Positions 1-8,144 of a stretch of DNA of 64,000 nt are shown piece after piece (position 1 is the first letter of the stretch; every line of letters starts with the position of its first letter). The position numbers and the translations under genes were made by a program. Below the pieces are notes generated by a model. That model had not been told where the DNA came from. It was given only the letters and a program-made list of their open reading frames with translations, and did no database searches. This DNA is from Caldilineae bacterium (GTDB lineage: Bacteria; Chloroflexota; Anaerolineae; JAAEKA01), in contig JACKBK010000001.1 of NCBI GenBank assembly GCA_020634555.1, forward strand, positions 67,317 to 131,316. The letters are read 5' to 3'.

Positions 1-313
1 GGCGGGTCGAGATCGGAAACATGCCCTTGACCAGCGCCGGCAACTCGTCGGCGACAAAGGTGAAATAGCCGGGACCGGACACCATGTCGGTGTACCAGCC
101 GCGCTGCACCGCGGGCATGACGACCGCCAGGCCCAGTGGCTGCACGTAGCGCTCGATGGAGGTCTGGCGCGTCCAGACACTCTGGTCATCCAGCAGCCCG
201 TGCAGCAGATAGAGCACCGGATACGACTTGCGCAGCGGCTCCGGCAGGATCACCTGGATCGTCGCGGGGCTGCCCAACGCGTCCGACTGGTAGCTACATT
301 GGATCAGCGCCAT
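1..313 (-). CDS. Esterase-family alpha/beta hydrolase (putative esterase, PF00756-like); C-terminus lies outside the window
   Basis: Minus-strand translation gives MALIQCSYQSDALGSPATIQVILPEPLRKSYPVLYLLHGLLDDQSVWTRQTSIERYVQPLGLAVVMPAVQRGWYTDM...; the PVLYLLHG motif and the following stretch are typical of esterase D / Ag85-like esterases. The ATG at 313-311 overlaps the stop of the upstream acylase gene. Confidence 0.55.
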   Translation of the reverse strand, partial: MALIQCSYQSDALGSPATIQVILPEPLRKSYPVLYLLHGLLDDQSVWTRQTSIERYVQPLGLAVVMPAVQRGWYTDMVSGPGYFTFVADELPALVKGMFPISTR

Positions 314-2798
314 TGGTTCGCATGCCTCGTTGCTTCGGGTATAAGGTCAGGCGCGCGCCGGCGCTGCGTTCCACGGCCGCGCGGCTGAAGGGCATCGGCA
401 CGGTCAGGCCATCGCGCCAGAGCGGGATCAGGTCGTCGTAGTGCTTGCTGGCGACGTGGCCCGACTGCCCGCCCGCCACCATGATCTGGCTGCGGTCCCA
501 GTCGCTCACATCGGCCACGAAGCGCATGGCGTCGATGGCGCCTGCCGGCTTGAAGGGGAACTCTGGCCGCGTGGTAGCCCGCAGCAACGTCTCATTGTCG
601 CCGCCCATGGGATAGGGGCCGCGGTTGAACAGCAGATTGAGCGGCTTGACCGCGCCGGCAATGTGGGCGAACTCGACCCGGTGCAGCCGGCCCCAGGTCC
701 ATTTTGTCATGTCGGCGCCGTAGGTAGCGATCATCTGCTTCAATGTGATGCGCAGCGCGCGGTGCAGAACCTCGGTTTTCGTTTCAGGAATCCCGGTCAT
801 CGGGTCGCGCAGCCAGGTTGTGTCGCGCGGGTTGTCGAGCATCTCCAGCAGCCGCACGGTGGTGCGCCCTTGATACAGGCTGAAGTCACCGAGGCCGGTG
901 ATGTCGATGCCGATATAGCCGTCGGCCTGTTCGCCTAGGTGGCGGTCGAAGATGGTGTGCAGCGCGTTGAGCTGGCAAACGTGGTAGATGCTGGCGGCCA
1001 CGCTGTCAGCATCGATCTTGCAGTCCCAGGCGCGCAACAGGTCCAGCACGGCGGCCTCGCGGGTGTTGGTCGGCTGGATCTTCAGCAAGTGCTGCACAAA
1101 GCGGCGCGCGTGGGCGCTGGCTGTGTCGCGCTGGAAACGGGCGAACTCAGCCGCGCTGAAGGTATCCTGCGACTGCAGCAGCTCGGCGATGCGCGTCGCG
1201 CGCACCGAATCTTCCAGGTCGGCCGACAGGAAGTATGGATAGTCGTGGGCGACCACCACGTTGTTGGCCACTGCGATCCAGCCTTGTTCCGGGTTGAACA
1301 CCTGCGGAATCTCGTCCACCGTCAGGAACCGTTCCCACTCGTACTCGCCTGTCCATCCAGGCGCGGGCGCCATGCCGTGTCCTTTGCCGCGCACGGGCAC
1401 CCGGCCGGCCTGCAGGAAGCCGATGTTGCCCGCGGTGTCTGCATAGACGAAGTTGTGCGGCGGCGTAACCCACTTATCCAGCGCGGCGCGGAAATCGTTC
1501 CAGTCCTTCGCTCGATTGACGCCCAGAAAGGCGCTGACGGGATCGGTGACATCGTGGGCGGTCCAACGCAGCGCCAGCGGCTGCTTCTCGTCCCCCAGCT
1601 TGCTGACGATGGGGCCATGGCGCGTGATCAGCACCTCCTCGACCAGCGGCGCGCTGCGTCCCTTGACCAGGATCACCTCGCGCACGACCTCGGCCTTCTC
1701 CCACTTGCCACGGAACTCAAACTCGCGCGGGTTGGCCGGGTTCACCTTCTCGACGTAGAGGTCCTGGCTGTCCTGCCAGCCGGTGGTCATGCCCCAGGCA
1801 ATGTGATCGTTGTGGCCGATAACGACGCCGGGCACGCCGGGCATGGAAACGCCGGCAACCTGATAGCGCCCGCCGGACAGATGCGCCTGATACCAGAGCG
1901 CCGGCATGGCGACCATCATGTGGGTGTCGTTGGCCAACAACGGCCGGCCGGTGGCCGAGTGCGCGCCATCCACCACCCACTGGTTGCTCGCGCTGGGGTT
2001 GAGGGGGATGACGCCAGAAAGCGGTGAGCGCGCCGCGGCTGGCGGCGGCGTGGCCGGCCCGCCCAGCATCTGCTCGACCAGGCGCAGCGCGTCGCGCAGC
2101 GCATCGGAGCGCCAGCCGTTGGGCTGAGGCGGACTGCCATCGCCCGGCACGGTCACAGGATTGGAGGCGGGATAGGACGGCTCCAGATCGGCAGCCAGAT
2201 CGGCCCCAACCTGGCGCGCCAGGCGCGCCCGCAGCACCTCGCTGGTCATGTTGCCGCTCAGGTTGGTCGCCAGAACCTTGGCCCAGTAGAAGCTGTCCAC
2301 CGGCCGCCAGGGCTGTGGTTCGAAGCCCAGCAGCCGGAACTCAATACCCAGGCTGCCGCGCCTCAGCCGCATATAGGCGTTGACGCCGGCCGAGTAGGCT
2401 TGCAGGACAGCCAGCGACTCGCCGGACAGGGCGGCTGCTTCGTCCTCAGCGGCACGATTGAGGCCCAGGATGCGAAAGGTGCGGTCGATCTCCAGAGCCG
2501 GCTCGCCAAGAATCTCCGCCAACCGGCCGGCGCCGGCCCGCCGCTGCAACTCCATCTGCCACATGCGGTCCTGCGCGTGGACGTAGCCCTGGGCGAAGAA
2601 CAGGTCTTCCTCCGAGGTGGCGTAGATATGCGGCACGCCCCAGTGGTCGCGAACGATCTCCACCGGGCCATGGATGCCGTTCAACTCGACGCGACCCTCG
2701 GTCTCCGGCAGAAAACGGCGTAAAAAGGCAACGACAGCGGCGACTGCGGCCGCGACCAACGCGATCAGCGCAACCAGTGCAACAAGCAGTTTCTTCAT
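294..2798 (-). CDS. Penicillin acylase family protein (Ntn-hydrolase, peptidase S45; penicillin amidase / AHL-acylase-like)
   Basis: 834 aa; N-terminal hydrophobic signal/anchor (MKKLLVALVALIALVAAAVAAV); HWGVPHIYA motif; beta-subunit N-terminal nucleophile region SNQWVVDGAHSATGRPLLANDTH; length and motif order match PGA/PvdQ-type acylases. Confidence 0.85.
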   Translation of the reverse strand: MKKLLVALVALIALVAAAVAAVVAFLRRFLPETEGRVELNGIHGPVEIVRDHWGVPHIYATSEEDLFFAQGYVHAQDRMWQMELQRRAGAGRLAEILGEPALEIDRTFRILGLNRAAEDEAAALSGESLAVLQAYSAGVNAYMRLRRGSLGIEFRLLGFEPQPWRPVDSFYWAKVLATNLSGNMTSEVLRARLARQVGADLAADLEPSYPASNPVTVPGDGSPPQPNGWRSDALRDALRLVEQMLGGPATPPPAAARSPLSGVIPLNPSASNQWVVDGAHSATGRPLLANDTHMMVAMPALWYQAHLSGGRYQVAGVSMPGVPGVVIGHNDHIAWGMTTGWQDSQDLYVEKVNPANPREFEFRGKWEKAEVVREVILVKGRSAPLVEEVLITRHGPIVSKLGDEKQPLALRWTAHDVTDPVSAFLGVNRAKDWNDFRAALDKWVTPPHNFVYADTAGNIGFLQAGRVPVRGKGHGMAPAPGWTGEYEWERFLTVDEIPQVFNPEQGWIAVANNVVVAHDYPYFLSADLEDSVRATRIAELLQSQDTFSAAEFARFQRDTASAHARRFVQHLLKIQPTNTREAAVLDLLRAWDCKIDADSVAASIYHVCQLNALHTIFDRHLGEQADGYIGIDITGLGDFSLYQGRTTVRLLEMLDNPRDTTWLRDPMTGIPETKTEVLHRALRITLKQMIATYGADMTKWTWGRLHRVEFAHIAGAVKPLNLLFNRGPYPMGGDNETLLRATTRPEFPFKPAGAIDAMRFVADVSDWDRSQIMVAGGQSGHVASKHYDDLIPLWRDGLTVPMPFSRAAVERSAGARLTLYPKQRGMRTNGADPM

Positions 2799-2803
2799 GG
2801 GTG

Positions 2804-3232
2804 TTATTCCTCCCAGTCGCCGCCGGTCATGCCCGGCATGGTGACTTCCACCACCTCGCCATGGACATTGATAACGATGCGAAAGCCCAGCATGCCCAGC
2901 CAGGCGCGGGCTTCCTCCGGTATCGGCTGCGAGGCCATCTGGTCCAGGTTCTTGAGCGACGAGTCGAGCATGACCTTGGTAAACAAGTCGTCCTTGCCCA
3001 GCATGCGCATCGTTTCTTCGAGCACCATGTCTTTGTGCGGCTCCATCTGCTCGCGCAGGAAGAGCAACACCTGGCGATCGACCTCGCGCGCGGCGACGTG
3101 GCGGCGAAATCCGTCGTCAACCACCACATAGTGCGCCTCGTTGCCGATGTAGGCAACATCGACGGGCGCGCCGGCTTCGCTGAAAACCAGTCCTGCGAAC
3201 ACGGCAACGTTGGAAGTAGACTCTTCTGTCAT
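2804..3232 (-). CDS. Hypothetical protein (142 aa, acidic C-terminus)
   Basis: ORF with protein-like composition, immediately upstream of and co-directional with the acylase; no recognizable motif and no clear SD sequence. Confidence 0.4.
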   Translation of the reverse strand: MTEESTSNVAVFAGLVFSEAGAPVDVAYIGNEAHYVVVDDGFRRHVAAREVDRQVLLFLREQMEPHKDMVLEETMRMLGKDDLFTKVMLDSSLKNLDQMASQPIPEEARAWLGMLGFRIVINVHGEVVEVTMPGMTGGDWEE

Positions 3233-3356
3233 GGGTTTGTTTCAAATATTTTTGGGACGCTGCTTTGGCGGCAAGGCAGGTGTCAAAGTAACTTGCACGA
3301 TCAACGTCTTTTCTGAGTTGCTCATAGGGTAGCACGGGTAACCCGCGCCGTCAATT

Positions 3357-3440
3357 CCCGTTCGAGAAGTTCGACTTTTCCGAAAAAGTCGAACTTCTGG
3401 CGCGCTGTTGGAGAAACTCGACTTTGCCGAAAAAAGTCGA
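3357..3440. repeat. Two adjacent palindromes of the AAGT(T/C)CGACTTT-N6-AAAGTCGA(A/G)CTT family in a divergent promoter region
   Basis: agaagttcgacttttccgaaaaagtcgaacttct and gaaactcgactttgccgaaaaaagtcgagtttc; the same palindrome family recurs as a tandem array at 12491-12755. Confidence 0.7.
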
Positions 3441-3544
3441 GTTTCGTGCAGCATTGTTTGACAAAACCTGCTGCATCTGGCATTCTTGGGAACGCTTGAG
3501 GCGGCCACGTCGTCCAAAGAGCACACCCTGTTTAAGGAATTATC

Positions 3545-4051
3545 TTGTTAGCAGCCATCATCCTGACTCTGAGCTTGCTGTTAAGCCCCGTTCAGCAACA
3601 ACCCAATCCGCCGTGGTACATGTCGACTCCGCTGCCGGCGCGCGGCGAGGTGACGTTCTACGCGTATGACGTGATGGAGCGCGCCTATCACCGACGGCTG
3701 GAGCTTGCTCAGGTGCCGTATTGCGACAAGCCGGCGTGCGTTGGCTACATTGCAACCTTGCGACCGGGAGACCTGGGGCGTAAGGTCTGGCTCGTGCGTC
3801 CTGGCTTGCCGGCTGAGGGACCGTTCCTGGTGGTCGATTACGCGGCAGCCAGAGATTTTGACCGGCTGAACCAGCGCGGCGTGGTTGCCGAGGTGGACTA
3901 CGAGACGGCCCGCCGCTGGGGCATGTCAGGCCCCCTCTACAACGTGACCATGCTGTCCGAGTCGCCGATGACCGAGCGCATGTACCTGCCCATGGTACCG
4001 ATTGGCAGACCTGCTTCGACCTTGCCTGCACCTGCCACACAGCGGCAGTAG
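3545..4051 (+). CDS. Secreted hypothetical protein (possibly a RlpA/3D-like double-psi beta-barrel domain)
   Basis: N-terminal signal peptide [19 protein letters not shown]; VTFYAY ... [11 protein letters not shown] ... [14 protein letters not shown] loosely resembles DPBB/3D domains; weak. Confidence 0.45.
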   Translation: MLAAIILTLSLLLSPVQQQPNPPWYMSTPLPARGEVTFYAYDVMERAYHRRLELAQVPYCDKPACVGYIATLRPGDLGRKVWLVRPGLPAEGPFLVVDYAAARDFDRLNQRGVVAEVDYETARRWGMSGPLYNVTMLSESPMTERMYLPMVPIGRPASTLPAPATQRQ

Positions 4052-4101
4052 CGATCTATCTTCATCGACAAATAGCTTTATCTATCGCGGAGGGGAACCG
4101 A

Positions 4102-4812
4102 GTGACCGACGACCTGCAAGCGGAATACCGTCCCACCATTCATGATCTGCCGGAGGGTGAGCGCCCGCGCGAGCGGCTGGAGCACTATGGCGCCGGCGCG
4201 CTGAGCTCGGCTGAGTTGCTGGCCATCATTCTGCGGGTCGGCACGGGCGGTGAAAACGTAGTGCGCGTAGCCGAACGGCTGCTGGCGCGCTTTGAAGGCT
4301 TGCCCGGCCTGGCGCAGGCTACTGTGTCCGAGTTGTGCCAGGAGAAAGGCATCGGCCAGGCCAAGGCGGTGCAGATCAAGGCTGCGCTGGAGTTGGGGCG
4401 CCGGCTACTGGTAACGGCGCCACACGAGAGACCACAGATGCGCTCGCCGGCCGACGCGGCCAACCTGCTGATGGCAGAGATGTCGCTCTTGCCGCAGGAA
4501 CATCTGCGGACCGTACTGCTTGATACGCGCAACCGGGTTCTCAGCATCCCCACCATCTATGTCGGTTCGTTGAACACCGCCCAGGTTCGGGTCGGCGAGA
4601 TGTTTCGTGAGGCGATCCGCGCCAACTGCGCCGGCATGATCGTGGTCCACAACCATCCCAGCGGCGACCCGACACCCAGCCCCGAGGATGTCCAGGTGAC
4701 ACGCATGATCGTCGAGGCGGGCAGCCTGCTCAATATCGACGTTCTGGACCACCTGATCATCGGGCGGCAGCGCTTTGTCAGCCTGAAAGAGCGCGGGCTG
4801 GGCTTCAAGTAG
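4102..4812 (+). CDS. radC: RadC-family JAMM-motif protein (UPF0758)
   Basis: GTG start with GGAGGGG SD; N-terminal helix-hairpin-helix region; [25 protein letters not shown] is the canonical RadC/JAMM HxHPSG motif. Confidence 0.85.
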   Translation: MTDDLQAEYRPTIHDLPEGERPRERLEHYGAGALSSAELLAIILRVGTGGENVVRVAERLLARFEGLPGLAQATVSELCQEKGIGQAKAVQIKAALELGRRLLVTAPHERPQMRSPADAANLLMAEMSLLPQEHLRTVLLDTRNRVLSIPTIYVGSLNTAQVRVGEMFREAIRANCAGMIVVHNHPSGDPTPSPEDVQVTRMIVEAGSLLNIDVLDHLIIGRQRFVSLKERGLGFK

Positions 4813-4835
4813 CGTCCCCGGTGGAGGTTGAGTAG

Positions 4836-6581
4836 TTACCACGCGTCTACAAACTGGTCGACGCTCAGGGTGGGATGCGCAAATCCGCTGGGGGCCAGCA
4901 GCGCCGACAGTCGAGTGATGGGCGGCGGGCGCAAGCCAAAACCTTGCAGCGCGTCGTTGTCGCTGAACACTGCGGCCGGCGGACCATCCAGCGTCACCTG
5001 CCCGCGGTCGATGACGACCATCCGCTCGGCGAACTCGGCTGCCAGTCGCAGGTCGTGGGTAATGAACAGAATGGTTCGGCCGCCCGCGTGCAAGCTGCGC
5101 AGCCGGTCCATCAACGTCGCGGTGTAGCGGGCATCGAGGCCGGTGGTCGACTCATCCAGCACCCAGATCGGCGGCTGCATCGCCCACACCGACGCCAGAG
5201 TCACCAGACGCCGCAGCCCGTAGCCAAGCACAGCCGGCGGCGTCCCGGCCACATCGGCCAGACCAAACACGGCCAGCGCCTCATCAACCCGGCGGCTGGC
5301 CTCCTCGCCCGTCACGCCCAGGTTGCGCAGGCCGTAGGCCACCTCCTCGCGTACTGAAGTAGCGAATATCTGGTGATCGGGGTTTTGAAAGACATAGCCG
5401 ATCTCCTTTGCCAGATCGCCGACGCGACGGCCGGCCGCGGGTTTTCCCCGGATGGCAACCTCGCCGTTCTGAGGTCGCAGGAGGCCGTTTAGATGCCGCG
5501 CCAGGGTACTCTTGCCGCCGCCATTGCGTCCCACGACTGCCAGGAATTGGCCGTCCGGTACGAGGAGCGAGAGGTCGTCCAGCGCCCGAGTGCCATCCTC
5601 GTAGCAGAAGGTAACGTTGCGAACGTCGATGGCGGATGGCGTGGCATCTGCCACACCGCCTTGGAGCGTTGCGTGCTCAAAAGATCGGTTGGCAGGTATT
5701 TCTTTCGCAACCGCCGCAGCGGCAACAGGCACAGCTAGCTGCGAAGTCAACCTGGCGGCGGCCTGGCGGGCGGTGAGGAATGTCGCGGAACCGGCGGCAT
5801 CCGGCAAACGCGCGGCCAGCTCGGCCATCTGCGGGACGGCCACACCCAGGCTGTGCAGGCGCTCCACCTTAGCGAAGACGTCCGTAGGCGAGCCGTCCAG
5901 CGCAATTTGCCCATCGGCCAAGATAACGACCCGTTCCGCCCAGCGCGCCACGAACTCGGCGTCCTTCTCCAGCACAATGATGGTCGCGCCGGCAGTTCGG
6001 TGCAGGTCGCCCAGCACGGCCGCGATCTCGCGGCGGGCGCCGGGGTCCAATCCGGCCATCGGCTCGTCCAACAGCAGAACAGGGGGCCGAATCGCCAGCA
6101 GCGTGGCAATGGCAAGCCGCTTCTGCTGTCCACCGGAAAGCTGCCATGGGGCGCGTTCCTCCAACCCGGTCATGCCCACCTGCGCCAACGCCCACGCGAC
6201 ATGCTGGCCGATCTCACGCGGCGCCAGCGCCTGCCCTTCGAGGCCGAACGCGACCTCCTCCGCCACAGTCATGTTGAACAGTTGGCGTTCTGGCTCCTGG
6301 AACACCAGGCCAATGCTGGCGCTGAGGGTGGCCGCGGGGGTTGTCGTGGCGTCGAGGCCGTTGACCAGTACGCTCCCCGCCAGCGCGCCGCCGGTCATCG
6401 CCGGCGCCAGTCCGGCCAGGATCAGTGCCAGGGTAGTCTTGCCGCTGCTGTTCGGCCCCATGATCGCGATCGACTGGCCTGCAGGCACATCAAGCGAAAC
6501 GCCGCGTAGCACCTCAGACGGCCGAGCGCCGGCTGTGATAGGCGGGTAGCTAAAACGGAGGTCGTCCAGGCGGACGGACAT
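4836..6581 (-). CDS. Energy-coupling-factor (ECF) transporter ATPase, fused duplicated A1-A2 ABC domains
   Basis: 581 aa with two complete ABC cassettes (Walker A GPNSSGKTTL and GRNGGGKSTL; signatures LSGGQQKRLAIA and repeat; LLLDEP/WVLDES Walker B); organisation matches YkoD/EcfA1A2-type fusions. Confidence 0.8.
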   Translation of the reverse strand: MSVRLDDLRFSYPPITAGARPSEVLRGVSLDVPAGQSIAIMGPNSSGKTTLALILAGLAPAMTGGALAGSVLVNGLDATTTPAATLSASIGLVFQEPERQLFNMTVAEEVAFGLEGQALAPREIGQHVAWALAQVGMTGLEERAPWQLSGGQQKRLAIATLLAIRPPVLLLDEPMAGLDPGARREIAAVLGDLHRTAGATIIVLEKDAEFVARWAERVVILADGQIALDGSPTDVFAKVERLHSLGVAVPQMAELAARLPDAAGSATFLTARQAAARLTSQLAVPVAAAAVAKEIPANRSFEHATLQGGVADATPSAIDVRNVTFCYEDGTRALDDLSLLVPDGQFLAVVGRNGGGKSTLARHLNGLLRPQNGEVAIRGKPAAGRRVGDLAKEIGYVFQNPDHQIFATSVREEVAYGLRNLGVTGEEASRRVDEALAVFGLADVAGTPPAVLGYGLRRLVTLASVWAMQPPIWVLDESTTGLDARYTATLMDRLRSLHAGGRTILFITHDLRLAAEFAERMVVIDRGQVTLDGPPAAVFSDNDALQGFGLRPPPITRLSALLAPSGFAHPTLSVDQFVDAW

Positions 6582-6667
6582 GGGAGATGAGGAGAAAAAA
6601 GACCAGCGGGAAGCAAGGGAGCGCAGATGACAACCACTTGCGATGGTGGTGTCACTGAGGACGCCTC

Positions 6668-7198
6668 TTACTCACTGATATAGCGGTTCAACGGTGGATA
6701 GGCGCGGCGCACCAGGATCGACAGCGGGATGGCAATGGCTGCGCCGATGACGTTCTGCAAGAGGTTGAAGGGAAGCTCGGTCAGCGCCTGGGTCGGCCCA
6801 CCCCAACCCAAATTGGCGCCGAAGTATTCTCCGGCAAAGTAGACACCTGCCATGGTAAGCGTGCCCGCAACCGCGGCCAGGATCATGCGTGTCACCAGCG
6901 ACCCGGGTCCGCGCAGCACGATGAAGCCGGCCACCAGACCCTGCAACCCATGGGCCATGAAGGTCAGCGGCGCAAAGGAGGCGTAGCCCGCGCTGAGATC
7001 GGCCAGCGCTGCGCCGACTCCGCCAGCCAAGAAGCCAATCCACGGGCCAAAGGTGAAGGCAGCGAAGTAGACTGCGGCATCCGACAGGTTGAAGAAGCCG
7101 GCGCCAATGGGGACGATCAGAAAGCGCGTGACAACGGCCACCAGGGCAATCATCAGAGCGGTAATCGCGATCTCTCGCGGGGTGATTCGTTGGGACAT
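6668..7198 (-). CDS. ECF transporter S (substrate-capture) component, about 177 aa with 5-6 TM helices
   Basis: Small, all-hydrophobic protein directly upstream of and co-oriented with the ECF ATPase; ATG at 7198 preceded by AAGGAG; resembles ECF-S / PF12822-type proteins. Substrate not inferable. Confidence 0.6.
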   Translation of the reverse strand: MSQRITPREIAITALMIALVAVVTRFLIVPIGAGFFNLSDAAVYFAAFTFGPWIGFLAGGVGAALADLSAGYASFAPLTFMAHGLQGLVAGFIVLRGPGSLVTRMILAAVAGTLTMAGVYFAGEYFGANLGWGGPTQALTELPFNLLQNVIGAAIAIPLSILVRRAYPPLNRYISE

Positions 7199-7258
7199 GG
7201 CTGGCTCCTTGCAGCTAACAGGCTGGCCAGCAGCAGATCGGCTTGCTGCTGGCACCGG

Positions 7259-7287
7259 ATTGTACGCCACGGGCATGTTTGCGTCAA
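7259..7287 (-). promoter_or_regulatory. Sigma70-like promoter for the ECF S/A operon (TTGACG-N17-TACAAT on the minus strand)
   Basis: Minus strand reads cTTGACGcaaacatgcccgtggcgTACAATcc about 60 nt upstream of the S-component ATG. Confidence 0.55.
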
Positions 7288-7296
7288 GGCAAGTAG

Positions 7297-7380
7297 AATC
7301 AAAAAACCGCGCTACGGCGCGGTGTTAGGTCCTAAAAAAGAAGATGGGGGTGACAGACCGTCCCAATCTGTCACCCCGCA
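7297..7380 (-). terminator. Two tandem intrinsic-terminator-like hairpins on the minus strand (ccgcgccgtagcgcgg+TTTTTT and ggggtgacagattgggacggtctgtcacccc+aTCTTCTTTTTT)
   Basis: GC stems followed by T-runs when read on the minus strand; located upstream of the ECF promoter with no annotated upstream minus-strand gene; possible sRNA 3' end or riboswitch expression platform. Confidence 0.5.
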
Positions 7381-7490
7381 AGGAGGAAGGAAGGAGCATC
7401 ATTCGTTTTACCGAACGATGACGTAATAATAACGCCTGAACCTTAATGGCGCATTAGAGCAACCTTAGAGTAACCTTACAACGTCCCCAC

Positions 7491-7603
7491 CCTCCTACTC
7501 CTAGTCCTACTCCTAGTCCTACTCCTACTCCTACTCATCCTCGTCCTCTTCGGCTGCTTAAAGAGTAAGAGTAGGAGGACGAGTAGGAGTAGGAGTAGGA
7601 GTG
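7491..7603. repeat. Hexanucleotide (CCTACT)n tandem repeat followed by its inverted complement (AGTAGG)n, forming a stem-loop of about 30 bp
   Basis: cctactcctagtcctactcctagtcctactcctactcctactcatcctcgtcctc ... gagtaggaggacgagtaggagtaggagtaggagt. Confidence 0.8.
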
Positions 7604-7682
7604 CGAGCCACATGCTCGATTGCTGCTAGCCGCGCTCCTGTGTTACAATCTTTGTGATTGGACACACGGACGGAAGAAACCT

Positions 7683-8144
7683 ATGGCTGACCCATTGCTC
7701 GAAACCTGGCAGATCAACGCACGCGTCGTGCTATACGTCCTGGACGCGGTGGACGAAGCAGTCTTCTCGCTGCCCGCAGCCGCCAAGGGACGCAGCGCGC
7801 CGCAGATGTTCGCGCACATCCACGACGTGCGGGTGATGTGGCTGGCCAGCGGCAAGGCGCTGCTTGACGGCATAGCCAAGCTGGGCAAGCAGGACCGCTA
7901 CGACCGGGAGTCGTTGCGCGCCGCGCTTGAAGCATCCGGACAGGACATCGAGACAATGGTCGCCAGCGCGCTGGCGACGGGCAAGCGCGTTCCCGGTTTC
8001 AAGCCACACACGCCGGCCTTTGTCGGCTACCTGATCAGCCACGAGGGCTATCACCTGGGCGAGATAGGAGTCGCGCTGCGCGAGGCTGGCTTTCCGCTCG
8101 ACCGCAAGACAGCCTTCGGCATGTGGGAATGGGGTGTCCGGTGA
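7683..8144 (+). CDS. DinB/YfiT-like (DinB_2 superfamily) protein
   Basis: About 150 aa four-helix-bundle-type sequence with HxxxH/E metal-site-like spacing (HIHDVRVMW ... ISHEGYHLGE); TGA overlaps the downstream GTG (GTGA). Confidence 0.55.
   Translation: MADPLLETWQINARVVLYVLDAVDEAVFSLPAAAKGRSAPQMFAHIHDVRVMWLASGKALLDGIAKLGKQDRYDRESLRAALEASGQDIETMVASALATGKRVPGFKPHTPAFVGYLISHEGYHLGEIGVALREAGFPLDRKTAFGMWEWGVR

Noticed and set aside
939-2027. Long antisense ORFs opposite real genes (for example 939-2027+, 5617-6549+, 9722-10822-, 24793-25662-, 26271-27200-, 27519-28637-, 28736-29518-, 29644-30519-, 34675-36273+, 48354-49418+, 49449-51425+, 51629-52588+, 55523-56218+, 56361-57182+, 57660-58532+, 60758-61342-)
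   Set aside because: These are Arg/Ala/Gly/Pro-rich translations typical of shadow ORFs in about 65% GC DNA. In every case the opposite strand encodes a protein with clear family motifs (acylase, ABC, GT2, SufC/B/D, rhodanese, rSAM CxxxCxxC, Na/Pi, ClC, PepF HExxH, RadA, CxxCH cytochrome, Rieske).
7290-7440. Known riboswitch (THF, preQ1, FMN, TPP, cobalamin, c-di-GMP) upstream of the ECF S-component gene
   Set aside because: Terminator-like hairpins are present, but I could not find any of the aptamer consensus motifs by inspection. A good promoter lies downstream of the hairpins, so the leader may not even include them. This is left as an open question rather than a call.
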